Shown here: positions 20,694-30,348 of the stretch, one piece after another
How positions within the stretch are numbered: the stretch's first letter is position 1
How the letters are laid out: every line of letters starts with the position of its first letter
NCBI GenBank assembly: GCA_902596205.1
Contig: CACJSY010000003.1
Coordinates: 54,859-118,858, forward strand
Reading direction: 5' to 3'
DNA from: an uncultured Pelagibacteraceae bacterium
Lineage (GTDB): Bacteria; Pseudomonadota; Alphaproteobacteria; Pelagibacterales; Pelagibacteraceae
DNA: 64,000 nt
The notes under the pieces: model-generated
Database searches by the model: none
Seen by the model: only the letters and a program-made list of their open reading frames with translations
Told to the model about the DNA's origin: nothing
Translations under genes and position numbers: made by a program

Positions 20694-23342
20694 TTAATTT
20701 ATACTAGATACAATACTTCTTAATTTTCCATCTTCAATAGTTAATTCCTTAACTAAATTTTTATCATTTTGTACTATTTCTTTAGGTGCATTTGTCACGT
20801 AAGCCTTATTTTTAAGCTTATTATTTAAACTAGTGATCTGTTTATTAATTCTCTCAATTTTTTCTAAAATTCTCTCTTTTTGAGATCCCAAGTTTACGTC
20901 CTCATTAAAATTTAATGAAAGTTTTTCTTTAAGAACTAAGATATCTATTGAATTTTTATCTCTTATCTTTGTATTAAGGACATTATTTACTCTACCAACC
21001 TGTTTTATCAAATTAATATTTTTATTTACCAATTTCTTTAATTTCCCTGATTTATCATCAAAAAATATGTCACAATATAGTTTTGGAGTAATTTTTAACT
21101 CTGCTTTAGTAGATCTAATGTTAGAAATTATTTCAATTAAATCATTTATATTGTTTTGATTTTTACTAAATTTATTAATTACCTTAAAATTTGGCCAACT
21201 GGAACTAATTAAATAATTTTTGAAAATCTTTTTATAAGCATTTAAAAACCACAATTTCTCAGTAAAAAAAGGGATAAAAGGATGAAGAATTCTAAGAATA
21301 TTTGCCATCATAAATGATGAGAAAGCTTTAGCTTCTTTAATTTCACTTTTATCTTTTGAATTAAAAATAGGTTTTAAGAACTCTAAATACCAATCGCAAT
21401 AAGAATGCCAAACAAATTGATATGCATACTTAGCAGCCTCGTCGAACCTGAATATTTCAATATTTTTCGTGATTAAATTTTGTGTTTTTATAAATTCGTT
21501 ATAAATCCAATGGTTTATTGGAAGTTTAATTGATGTCAAATTTATCTTTTTATCTAATTTACAATTATTAAGTTTTAAAAAATTATTTGCGCTCCAAATT
21601 TTTGTAATAAAGTTTCTGTTTCCAGTAACCCTATCTTTTGATAACTTTACATCTCGTCCTGGAGAGGCCATCGAAATTAAAGTAAACCTTAAACTATCTG
21701 CTCCATATTGATTTATTAAATCTAATGGATCAATCACATTGCCTTTTGACTTTGACATTTTCTGCCCCTTTTCATCTCTTACCAAAGCATGAACATATAC
21801 TTTATGAAAAGGCGTATTTTTTCTAAAATAATTTCCCATCATCAACATCCTTGCTACCCAAAAGAAAATTATATCAAAACCAGTAACAAGAACTGAAGTT
21901 GGATAAAATTTATTAAGTTCTTCAGTTTTGTTTGGCCATCCAAGAGTCGCAAAAGGCCATAGAGCTGATGAAAACCAAGTATCTAAAACATCTGTTTCCT
22001 GTCTCAACGTAAATTGTTTATTTTTATTTTTTTTCTTTGCTAATTTTAATGCATCTTTTTTACTCTCAGCTACAAAAATATTTCCAGTTTCATCATACCA
22101 AGCAGGTATTCTATGGCCCCACCAAATCTGCCGAGATATGCACCAAGGCTCAATATCATTCATCCATTGAAAAAATGTTTTTGACCAGTTGCTTGGAAAA
22201 AAAGTAGTTTTACCCTCTTTAACTATCTTAATTGGTTTTTTGGATAATTTTTTGGCATCAACAAACCATTGCTCTGTTAAGAGAGGTTCGATTATTGTGT
22301 TTGATCTATCTCCATATGGAACTTTATTTTTAATATTTTCAATTTTTACAAGAGAACCATTGTCCTTTAATTTTTTAATTATAAGTTTTCTTGCTTCAAA
22401 TCTGTCTAAACCATGAAACTCTTTAATTCCATTTTTGTTTATTTTACCATTCTCTTCAAAAATATTTATTATTTCTAATTTATTTCTCTTGCCTACCTCA
22501 TAGTCATTAAAATCATGTGCTGGTGTAATTTTTACTGCTCCTGAGCCTTGTTCCGGATCAGCATAATTGTCAGAAATAATTTTGACAGTCCTATTAACAA
22601 TTGGAATAAGAACATTTTTTCCAACTAAATTAACATATCTTTCATCCTTTGGATTTACAGCAACCGCGGTATCTCCCATCATTGTTTCTGGTCTGGTAGT
22701 AGCGATAGTGATTTTTTGATCTGAGTTCTCTATCGTATAATCAATATAGTACAATTGAGATTGAACATCTTTTTGGTTTACTTCCAAGTCAGAAATTGCA
22801 GTTTGAAGTTTAGTATCCCAATTAACTAATTTTTTATCCTTGTAAATTAGCTTATTTTTATAAAGATCAACAAAAACTTTAATTACAGCTTTAGAAAGAT
22901 CCTTATCCATAGTGAACCTCGTTCTTGACCAATCACACGAACAACCTAATTTCTTAAGTTGATCTAAAATTATTCCACCAGACTCCTCTTTCCAATCCCA
23001 TATTTTTTTGGTGAATTTTTCTCTTCCTAAATCATTTTTTTTAATTCCTTCTTTCAAAAGGTTATTTTCAACAACAGCTTGTGTCGCAATTCCAGCATGG
23101 TCTGTACCTGGCTGCCACAGAGTTTCGAGGCCTTTCATTCTATTAAATCTAACTAAAACATCTTGTAGACTATTGTTTAGAGCATGTCCCATATGTAATC
23201 TGCCCGTTACATTAGGTGGAGGAATTACTATAGAAAATTTTTTATTTGATTTGTTCTTTTTTGGTTTGAATAGGTTTTTTTTAATCCAAAAATCCGAGAT
23301 TTTTTTTTCTTCTTCACTATGATTGTATTTTTTAAATTCCAT
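20694..23342 (-). CDS. valS: Valine--tRNA ligase
   Basis: PPPNVTGRLHMGH, WCISRQIWWGH and KMSKS motifs; C-terminal coiled coil. Confidence 0.99.
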   Translation of the reverse strand: MEFKKYNHSEEEKKISDFWIKKNLFKPKKNKSNKKFSIVIPPPNVTGRLHMGHALNNSLQDVLVRFNRMKGLETLWQPGTDHAGIATQAVVENNLLKEGIKKNDLGREKFTKKIWDWKEESGGIILDQLKKLGCSCDWSRTRFTMDKDLSKAVIKVFVDLYKNKLIYKDKKLVNWDTKLQTAISDLEVNQKDVQSQLYYIDYTIENSDQKITIATTRPETMMGDTAVAVNPKDERYVNLVGKNVLIPIVNRTVKIISDNYADPEQGSGAVKITPAHDFNDYEVGKRNKLEIINIFEENGKINKNGIKEFHGLDRFEARKLIIKKLKDNGSLVKIENIKNKVPYGDRSNTIIEPLLTEQWFVDAKKLSKKPIKIVKEGKTTFFPSNWSKTFFQWMNDIEPWCISRQIWWGHRIPAWYDETGNIFVAESKKDALKLAKKKNKNKQFTLRQETDVLDTWFSSALWPFATLGWPNKTEELNKFYPTSVLVTGFDIIFFWVARMLMMGNYFRKNTPFHKVYVHALVRDEKGQKMSKSKGNVIDPLDLINQYGADSLRFTLISMASPGRDVKLSKDRVTGNRNFITKIWSANNFLKLNNCKLDKKINLTSIKLPINHWIYNEFIKTQNLITKNIEIFRFDEAAKYAYQFVWHSYCDWYLEFLKPIFNSKDKSEIKEAKAFSSFMMANILRILHPFIPFFTEKLWFLNAYKKIFKNYLISSSWPNFKVINKFSKNQNNINDLIEIISNIRSTKAELKITPKLYCDIFFDDKSGKLKKLVNKNINLIKQVGRVNNVLNTKIRDKNSIDILVLKEKLSLNFNEDVNLGSQKERILEKIERINKQITSLNNKLKNKAYVTNAPKEIVQNDKNLVKELTIEDGKLRSIVSSIN

Positions 23343-23373
23343 TTTTTTGATATCTAGAGATATATATCAGATT

Positions 23374-24636
23374 TCAATAACTATTAAGTTTAAAATCTAG
23401 GTATAAGGCAGCAGTCCAAGAAAAATTTTTAGCACCCATTCCTAAACCCGACTTACAACTGTAATATTCTCGAAATTTTTTTTTTTCGACTAAATTCAAG
23501 GTCTTTTTTCTTATTAATTCTGCGAACTTCTTATCTTTATTTTTTAAACCTTGATATATGATCCAATTGCAATTAACCCATACCGGCCCTCTCCAGTAAC
23601 GTTTTTCTTCGAATGATGTGTGTTTAGAATTTATTGAAGGAAAAAGATATTTATTATTTTTATTATATTTTTTTAAACTTTTTATTAATGATCTATTAAT
23701 TGAATTGTTATTTAAATCAGCAAATAGCATAAAAAAATTGGTTATTGAAGGTATAGCTACTAAACTATTATTTCTTATATCTTTATTCTTAAATGTCATT
23801 TTTTTTGAATTAAATAATTTTGTAAGTTTACTCTCATTTAAAAGAATATATTTTCTTATGGAAGAATTTTTTTTATCTATACATCTAAGTAAAAAATCAA
23901 TATCTTTTAAAGCTTTAAGAAAAAGTGAATTAAATCCAACATCTACAACATTAAATTTTGATTTGAAGTAAAGTTTTTTTGGATCATAATTCATTTCCTT
24001 TAAATGATTTTTAATAGTTACATATCTATCATAATCAATTTTCAAAGGTCTTTGGCTTTGGTCGACAATTTTATTATCCGTTCTCATGTAATTAAGATTT
24101 AATTCAGTTTTGATCATGCTCATCGGTTTGTCCCATAAAGGAGAATTATCATAACCACTTTCCCATGGGTGAAGTATAGAAATTAGACCAGTACGTTTTG
24201 GATCTCTGTATCTAATAAACCATTCTAAACATTTTTTAATCTTTAAAATTAAAGGCTGATATTTTTTTATTTCTTTTTTTGAAAATTTTTGTCTCTCAAT
24301 AATTATCCTTAAAATACTTGCCAAGATCGGTGGTTGAGTTATTCCAGATGAGGAAACTTTTTTACCACAATCCCAAGCTTTATAGTTAGGAGTATAATTT
24401 AAATCTTTAATATGGAAAAGAATGTGTGGTATCATTCCGTCATCCCATTGTCCTGAAATCAGAGTTTCAAGTTCTTTAAATGAATAATCTAAATTGAAAT
24501 TAGAATATCCTAATGCAATAAAAGCTGAGTCCCAATTCCATTGGGCTGGATAAAGTTTAGTATTAGTGGGTAAAGTGTAATTTAATCTTCTGTTGTTTAT
24601 TAAGGTTCTCTTTGCTTCTTTAATTGAGTTATTCAT
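23374..24636 (-). CDS. GH63-family glycoside hydrolase (glucosylglycerate/mannosylglycerate hydrolase-like)
   Basis: LYPAQWNWDSAF, GMIPH, SGITQPP, HPWESGYDNSP, YWRGPVW, FREYY and FSWTAAL motifs. Confidence 0.88.
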   Translation of the reverse strand: MNNSIKEAKRTLINNRRLNYTLPTNTKLYPAQWNWDSAFIALGYSNFNLDYSFKELETLISGQWDDGMIPHILFHIKDLNYTPNYKAWDCGKKVSSSGITQPPILASILRIIIERQKFSKKEIKKYQPLILKIKKCLEWFIRYRDPKRTGLISILHPWESGYDNSPLWDKPMSMIKTELNLNYMRTDNKIVDQSQRPLKIDYDRYVTIKNHLKEMNYDPKKLYFKSKFNVVDVGFNSLFLKALKDIDFLLRCIDKKNSSIRKYILLNESKLTKLFNSKKMTFKNKDIRNNSLVAIPSITNFFMLFADLNNNSINRSLIKSLKKYNKNNKYLFPSINSKHTSFEEKRYWRGPVWVNCNWIIYQGLKNKDKKFAELIRKKTLNLVEKKKFREYYSCKSGLGMGAKNFSWTAALYLDFKLNSY

Positions 24637-25829
24637 TATCCTTTAACACTTCCAGCTGTTAAGCCGCTTACTAAATATTTTTCAAAATATATGAAAATTA
24701 AAAGTATTGGTAAAGTAACTACCACAGATCCAGCCATTAGATATTGCCGTGGTGTTTCGGCATCACCAGTTAAATGATTTATTGCTCTAGATAATGTGAA
24801 TGTTTTGGGATTATCCAAAAACATAAGAGAAAATAAAAATTCATTCCAAGCTATCATAAATACATATAACGATACTGAAGCGATAGCAGGTAAACTAAGA
24901 GGAATTATTATTTTAATAATTATCCCAAACCAATTTTGTCCATCTATGAGTCCCGCCTCTTCAATTTCTTTAGGTATGCTTTTAAAGTATCCCTGAAGCA
25001 TATAGATGGCTACAGGTAAAGTGGTTGCTGTATAAACTATTAGTAAGCCTTCCACAGAATTCCTCAAACCTAGTTGACTAAAAACAGTGTATAAAGGAAT
25101 TACTAATACTATTGCTGGAAACATATAAATTATTAATATTGATGTTGAAAGAAAAGTCTTACCAAAGAAATTTAATCTTGCAACAGCGTACGCTGCGGGG
25201 ATAGCAAATAATAGGGTTATTAAAACAGTTCCAACCGATACATACGAACTTGTAAGAATATATCTTCCAAAATCATATGTTTTGAAAATGACAAAGTAAG
25301 ATTTGAATATCTCAAAAATATTTTTTGAAAAATCAATACTTAGATCAATCGGGTTAATTAATAAAGCGGTTTGCGTTTTAAAGCTAGTTACAAACATTAT
25401 GTAAAATGGAAACAATATAACTAATGCAAAAAATACTATTGCAAATAAAGATAAAAACTCGAACACAATTTTTTCAGATATAAAATCCTGATTTAAATAT
25501 TTTAAATCATATTTTTTCAATTTATTTGTAAAAAATAAAATTAGTAAAAAAATACCTGCTGAAAACCACATAGGGGAGTCTTCATTTAAAAATGTATATA
25601 AAATTGTAAATGATAAGGATAATATAAAAATTTTTAAGTTATGATTAAATTTTTTTCCAATAAATACACAAGTTATAACTAATCCGAGTGATAATAATAG
25701 ATTTAGATTAAAGTTAAGATTTGTAAAACTTAAGCCTTGCAAAGTTGCCAATATTTTCCATATACAAATTATTATTGTAAGAAAAATTGATGATGCAAAT
25801 AATGTAATTATCAAAGATTTAAATTTCAT
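24636..25829 (-). CDS. Carbohydrate ABC transporter permease (MalG-like) with N-terminal extra TM segments
   Basis: EAA loop IPKEIEEAGLIDG, AWNEFL and GLTAGSVKG motifs. The ATG at 25829 is preferred. Confidence 0.92.
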   Translation of the reverse strand: MKFKSLIITLFASSIFLTIIICIWKILATLQGLSFTNLNFNLNLLLSLGLVITCVFIGKKFNHNLKIFILSLSFTILYTFLNEDSPMWFSAGIFLLILFFTNKLKKYDLKYLNQDFISEKIVFEFLSLFAIVFFALVILFPFYIMFVTSFKTQTALLINPIDLSIDFSKNIFEIFKSYFVIFKTYDFGRYILTSSYVSVGTVLITLLFAIPAAYAVARLNFFGKTFLSTSILIIYMFPAIVLVIPLYTVFSQLGLRNSVEGLLIVYTATTLPVAIYMLQGYFKSIPKEIEEAGLIDGQNWFGIIIKIIIPLSLPAIASVSLYVFMIAWNEFLFSLMFLDNPKTFTLSRAINHLTGDAETPRQYLMAGSVVVTLPILLIFIYFEKYLVSGLTAGSVKG

Positions 25830-27078
25830 TTGCCTTTTTTCCAATTAATTTAAAATAAATAATCATAAAAATTATTAATAATAATACAATTACTATTGAA
25901 ACTGCTGAGCCCATGCCAATATTTGATATTGCAAATCCTTGTTGATACACGCTTATTGGTAACGTTAAAGTACCCGAAGCACCGCCTGTTAATAAAAAAA
26001 TATCTTCAAACTTATTAAAGTTCCAAATAAATCTGATCATAAATAATATTGATAAAATCGCTGTGATTTGCGGAAGAGTAATATAAAAGAATTTTCTAAA
26101 CGGCCCAGCGCCATCTACATCCGCTGCCTCATAAAGATCCTTCGGAATGGCTTGTAGTCTAGCTAATATAAATAAAAAGGCTAAAGGGAAATATCGCCAA
26201 ATCTCAAAAAATATAACCGTAGTTAATGCTAATCTAAGTTTTAGCTCAAATCCTAAAATATTAATAATTAAATACTTTTGTCCAAGTAAATTTATAGGTT
26301 TTTCGATTACTCCATAATTTACTAGAAGAGAATTTATTGTACCGCTATTAGGATCTAAGAGTAAAGTCCAAGTATAAGCCAAAGCTACCACAGGACCTAC
26401 ATAAGGAAAAAGCAGTATACTTCGCATAAAAGTTCTTCCATAAAATTTTTGATTTACAAGTTGGGCAGCAAATATGCCAAGTAAAATAGCTCCAAGTGTA
26501 CCAAAAAAAGTAAAGTAAAAAGTCGTCATTAAAAGCTCAAAAAAATTGTTATTCATGAAAACTTTTTTAAAATTTTTAAGAGTAAAATCTGTAGTCAATA
26601 AGATATTATTTGATTTCCCATTTAAATCTGGATTATAAGATTTTATATCATTATTATTGATAGCATTGTTATTTACGTCTTTTACAAAAATTTCAAAATT
26701 TTCACGATAACCTGCTTCCCAATTTCCAAAGAAACATTTAATTTTTTGTGACTTAAATTTACATCTTTTATCCAAATTCACTGGTTCAATATTTTTGGGT
26801 AATTTATCTGAAAATCTAACTTCTCTAATATCTTGGATTAAAGAACTATTTCTTAATTTATAGATAATTTTTAACTCAAAATTACTATCTTGTATATTTT
26901 TTACAATTTTTTTTGCCCTAGGCTCGGGAATTCTTATATCTTTAAGTCCAACTTCTTTAAAACTAATCCATACATTTGCAAAAATTGGAAATAAAATTAT
27001 CGCAAAAACCAAGAATACAGCAGGTAAAAGAAGTGTATATGCTGTCCTTTTTTCTATTTTAGATAGTGAGGTGCTCAT
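25819..27078 (-). CDS. Carbohydrate ABC transporter permease (MalF-like) with inserted periplasmic domain
   Basis: LQAIPKDLYEAADVDGA, ITLP and LTGG motifs; a ~110-aa hydrophilic insert follows TM1. Confidence 0.92.
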   Translation of the reverse strand: MSTSLSKIEKRTAYTLLLPAVFLVFAIILFPIFANVWISFKEVGLKDIRIPEPRAKKIVKNIQDSNFELKIIYKLRNSSLIQDIREVRFSDKLPKNIEPVNLDKRCKFKSQKIKCFFGNWEAGYRENFEIFVKDVNNNAINNNDIKSYNPDLNGKSNNILLTTDFTLKNFKKVFMNNNFFELLMTTFYFTFFGTLGAILLGIFAAQLVNQKFYGRTFMRSILLFPYVGPVVALAYTWTLLLDPNSGTINSLLVNYGVIEKPINLLGQKYLIINILGFELKLRLALTTVIFFEIWRYFPLAFLFILARLQAIPKDLYEAADVDGAGPFRKFFYITLPQITAILSILFMIRFIWNFNKFEDIFLLTGGASGTLTLPISVYQQGFAISNIGMGSAVSIVIVLLLIIFMIIYFKLIGKKANEI

Positions 27079-27113
27079 TTAAAAGCGGATAATATCTTAT
27101 TATCCGCTTTTAA
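27079..27113 (-). terminator. Perfect 16-bp hairpin between SBP and permease (terminator or mRNA stabiliser)
   Basis: TTAAAAGCGGATAATA-TCT-TATTATCCGCTTTTAA. Confidence 0.75.
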
Positions 27114-27125
27114 GAAATATATTTG

Positions 27126-28448
27126 CTAGAATTTTGCTAATTCTGCGTTAATTTTTTTAACTGCTTCATCAACTGATATCTGATCATCAATGTATTCCCT
27201 TGTAATTCTATTTAAGAATTGAGCATTAATGATTTTTGATGCTCTAGAAAGTTCACCTTCTTTTACTCCCCATCTGTTTGCAGTGTCTAATCCTGCAACA
27301 ATGTTATTAATTACATCTGGTGAATAAAGTTCAGTTAACGGTTTTTTTCTATCTACACCAACTGGTAGCTTACTCCAAGCTTTTGTAAATGCAGCAGGAT
27401 CTGAAGAATTTCCTCTTCTAACAGGGAATTTTCCTTCAGGCGCAATCGCCAAAGTGCTTGTGTATCCTTCATCCATAGAGTACTCAACAAACTTTTTTGC
27501 TTCGTCAGTATCTGCATCAGCAGTAATACCAAAATATCTTACGTCTGCCCAAGCAGCACCCTTCTTATTGTTTGGCCCACTAAAATTAGTGATGAACCCT
27601 GTTTTGGATGCAAGTTCTGGTGATGTAGGATCACTATTGATTGTTGGAGGAGCTGAGTCTCTTAGTCCAGCTAATTCATCCATAATAAACGGTGACCAAA
27701 TTATCATTGGAGTTTTTCCTGCGAAATAAAGTTCTCTAGATTGTTTCCAGAATAATTCTCCTGGAGGACTAGCTTTAGCTATAACTTTATAAAATTCCAA
27801 AGAGTTTTTTAAAGCTTTACCTTGTTTTTTTGTTCCGCCCTTTTTAACAAAGTTTACTCCATTAGCTAAAAGAACATGCTCAAGAACTTGGCTCATAAAG
27901 TTCTCATCAGTTTTGGTTGCAGCTACAAACCCAAACATTTCTCCGCCTGAGAGAGCTTTCACAGCTTTTACAATATTCTCGTAACTTGTTGGTGGTTCAA
28001 GACCTGCATTTTTGAATAAGTCTTTCCTATAAACTACCATTTGCGTCCATCCATCAACTGGCACAGCAGCAATTTTTCCACCTTTTTTTGCCATGTTTAA
28101 TGCACCTGGAGCAAAAGTTTTTTTTCCTAAACTTTTAACTACGTCATTGTTCGCATTTACATCAAGTATCCCTGCTTCGGCCCAAGGTAAAACATATTGA
28201 AGAGTGTGATAAATTACGTCAGGTAGATTCCCTGCTGCAGCAGCTGCAGTGGCTCTAGACCCTAAATCTTTTTCCTCAACTGGAATAACTTCAACTTTTA
28301 TACCAGTTTTGGACTCAAATGACTTTGCCATCTCCATTTGTTTTTCCATTCTTGCTGGCTGAACTTCAGTAGTCCAAAAAGTAATATCCGCAAAACTATT
28401 AGACGTTAATAAAGTTAAAGCAAAAATGAATCCTGAAATTTTTCTCAT
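27126..28448 (-). CDS. Carbohydrate ABC transporter substrate-binding protein (CUT1)
   Basis: Signal peptide (NSFA/D), FESKTGIKVEV, GNLPDV, VYRKDLF and GLEPP motifs; strong RBS AGGAGG. Confidence 0.93.
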   Translation of the reverse strand: MRKISGFIFALTLLTSNSFADITFWTTEVQPARMEKQMEMAKSFESKTGIKVEVIPVEEKDLGSRATAAAAAGNLPDVIYHTLQYVLPWAEAGILDVNANNDVVKSLGKKTFAPGALNMAKKGGKIAAVPVDGWTQMVVYRKDLFKNAGLEPPTSYENIVKAVKALSGGEMFGFVAATKTDENFMSQVLEHVLLANGVNFVKKGGTKKQGKALKNSLEFYKVIAKASPPGELFWKQSRELYFAGKTPMIIWSPFIMDELAGLRDSAPPTINSDPTSPELASKTGFITNFSGPNNKKGAAWADVRYFGITADADTDEAKKFVEYSMDEGYTSTLAIAPEGKFPVRRGNSSDPAAFTKAWSKLPVGVDRKKPLTELYSPDVINNIVAGLDTANRWGVKEGELSRASKIINAQFLNRITREYIDDQISVDEAVKKINAELAKF

Positions 28449-28557
28449 TTTTCCTCCTATTAATTAATTAAATAATGTTTTAAGTTTAACAATAAGGTTA
28501 AAAATTCATCTATGATTAAAATGCATATGAGGTTTGAATTAATTAAATTTATTGAAA

Positions 28558-29613
28558 ATGCCTTTTTTAGAATTTGAAAATATAGACAAATCCTTTGGTG
28601 AAAACCATGTAATTAGTAAATTTAACCTAGAAGTTGAAAAAGGTAAATTTATTGTTTTGCTAGGACCATCTGGATGCGGAAAATCTACACTACTAAGGAT
28701 GATAGCTGGATTAGAAAAAATAGATAAAGGGAAAATCTTTTTAGAAAATAATCTTCTTAATGATTTGTTACCTTCTAAAAGGCAAATTGCAATGGTTTTC
28801 CAATCATATGCTTTGTATCCGCACATGAATGTTTTTCAAAATATCTCTTTTGGCCTTAAATCTGAAAAAATTTCAAAAAATGAAATTAAAGATAAAGTAA
28901 TTGAAGCAGCAAAAATTTTAAAAATTGAAGAACTTTTGGATAGAAGACCAAAGGAACTTTCAGGAGGACAGAGGCAGCGAGTTGCTATTGGAAGGGCTAT
29001 AACTAGAAATCCTAAATTATTTTTATTTGATGAACCTCTTTCTAATTTAGACGCAGCCCTAAGGTCAGAGATGAGAGTTGAAATTTCAAAATTACATAAG
29101 AAACTTAAAAGTAATATTGTATACGTAACTCATGATCAAATTGAGGCTATGACTTTAGCTGATAAAATTGTGATAATGAATAAAGGAAAAATTGAACAAT
29201 TTGGAACTCCCGATGAAATTTATGATAACCCAAACAATATTTTTGTAGCTGAATTTATTGGAAATCCTAAAATGAATATCTTTAAGGTCAAAACTGATGA
29301 TATTATTAATAAAAATACATTTAAATTATTCAATAAAGAAATTAAATTTGAAAATTCAAAATTTGAAAATGATTTTTATGTAGGTATTAGACCAGAACAT
29401 ATATCTTTAGAAAATATAAGTGAAATTGCAGTTGAAATTAAAATTGATCTTATTGAAAATTTAGGTTCCGAAAAAATTATCTATACGCATATAAATGGTA
29501 CTGAAATAAGAATAAAAAGTACTAAAAATATTAAAGATAAAAATATTACAATTTACTTACCTAAAAATAAGTTATATTTATTCGATAATAATAAAAATAG
29601 ATTAAAAATGTGA
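28558..29613 (+). CDS. Carbohydrate ABC transporter ATP-binding protein (MalK/UgpC-like)
   Basis: GPSGCGKS, VFQSYALYPHM, LSGGQRQR, DEPLSNLD and VTHDQ motifs; C-terminal TOBE; divergent from the SBP gene. Confidence 0.95.
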   Translation: MPFLEFENIDKSFGENHVISKFNLEVEKGKFIVLLGPSGCGKSTLLRMIAGLEKIDKGKIFLENNLLNDLLPSKRQIAMVFQSYALYPHMNVFQNISFGLKSEKISKNEIKDKVIEAAKILKIEELLDRRPKELSGGQRQRVAIGRAITRNPKLFLFDEPLSNLDAALRSEMRVEISKLHKKLKSNIVYVTHDQIEAMTLADKIVIMNKGKIEQFGTPDEIYDNPNNIFVAEFIGNPKMNIFKVKTDDIINKNTFKLFNKEIKFENSKFENDFYVGIRPEHISLENISEIAVEIKIDLIENLGSEKIIYTHINGTEIRIKSTKNIKDKNITIYLPKNKLYLFDNNKNRLKM

Positions 29614-29640
29614 TTCTAATCATGATTAAATCTATAGGGT

Positions 29641-29714
29641 GGCCACGTGGCGGAATGGTTACGCAGAGGATTGCAAATCCTTTTATCCCAGTTCGATTCT
29701 GGGCGTGGCCTCCA
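29641..29714 (+). tRNA. tRNA-Cys (GCA)
   Basis: Acceptor stem GGCCACG/CGTGGCC, anticodon arm GAGGA-TTGCAAA-TCCTT, GTTCGAT T-loop, encoded CCA. Confidence 0.97.
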
Positions 29715-29725
29715 AAAAATTTAAG

Positions 29726-29754
29726 TTGTTTTATTTAGCTAAAAAAAGTATGTT
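29726..29754 (+). promoter_or_regulatory. Sigma70-like promoter for tRNA-Asn (TTGTTT-N17-TATGTT)
   Basis: Correct 17-nt spacer; the -10 ends 9 nt before the tRNA 5' end. Confidence 0.4.
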
Positions 29755-29763
29755 GCGATTTAT

Positions 29764-29839
29764 TCCTCGGTAGCTCAGTTGGTAGAGCAGTTGACTGTTA
29801 ATCAATTGGTCGCAGGTTCGAGTCCTGCCCGAGGAGCCA
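29764..29839 (+). tRNA. tRNA-Asn (GTT)
   Basis: Acceptor stem TCCTCGG/CCGAGGA, anticodon arm GTTGA-CTGTTAA-TCAAT, GTTCGAG T-loop, CCA end. Confidence 0.97.
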
Positions 29840-29840
29840 A

Positions 29841-30206
29841 TTAGCCAACTTTTTCAAATTTTGAAGAATTATTTAAAATTTGTAAAATTTTCTCTTTTTG
29901 TGTTCTTGATAATGATGAAAATGTTCTGCTTAGAAAAGAGTAGTTTAAATCATCGTTAAATTCTTCGCTAGAATTTATATCTTTAAATTCTTTAAAATCT
30001 TCAAAAAAATAAATAATCGGTACTTTTAAAAATTGAGATAATTGCATTAATCTGTTTGAGCTTACTCCGTTCGTACCTTTTTCATATTTTTGAATTTGTT
30101 GGAAAGTGACATTAATAGCTTGGGCGACTTTTGTTTGGGTTAGACCTAAAGATAATCTTCTCATTCTTAGCTTTTTACCTAAATGAATATTGAAATTTTC
30201 TTCCAT
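29841..30206 (-). CDS. XRE-family HTH transcriptional regulator
   Basis: LRMRRLSLGLTQ...VTFQQIQKYEKGTN, typical of a conserved alphaproteobacterial XRE group; RBS GGGAG. Confidence 0.92.
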   Translation of the reverse strand: MEENFNIHLGKKLRMRRLSLGLTQTKVAQAINVTFQQIQKYEKGTNGVSSNRLMQLSQFLKVPIIYFFEDFKEFKDINSSEEFNDDLNYSFLSRTFSSLSRTQKEKILQILNNSSKFEKVG

Positions 30207-30348
30207 TAGAACTCCCTATTTTTTAAAATAAAACCTCAAAATGAACATTTTAGCAATACATAAAAAAAAATATTTTAGTTCAAAAAAACCTCTAAAAAGG
30301 TAATTTTTTATGTTGACTTTAGCATAAAATTCTAAGCCAAATTTTAAA

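Noticed and set aside
28462-28548. AATTAATTAAAT repeated twice in the SBP/ATPase divergent region
   Set aside because: It is a pure A/T low-complexity word, expected by chance at this composition.
29614-29840. tRNA-Cys/Asn as the integration site of the GH63-ABC module
   Set aside because: The module lies on the 5' side of the tRNAs. I found no duplicated tRNA 3' end and no integrase.
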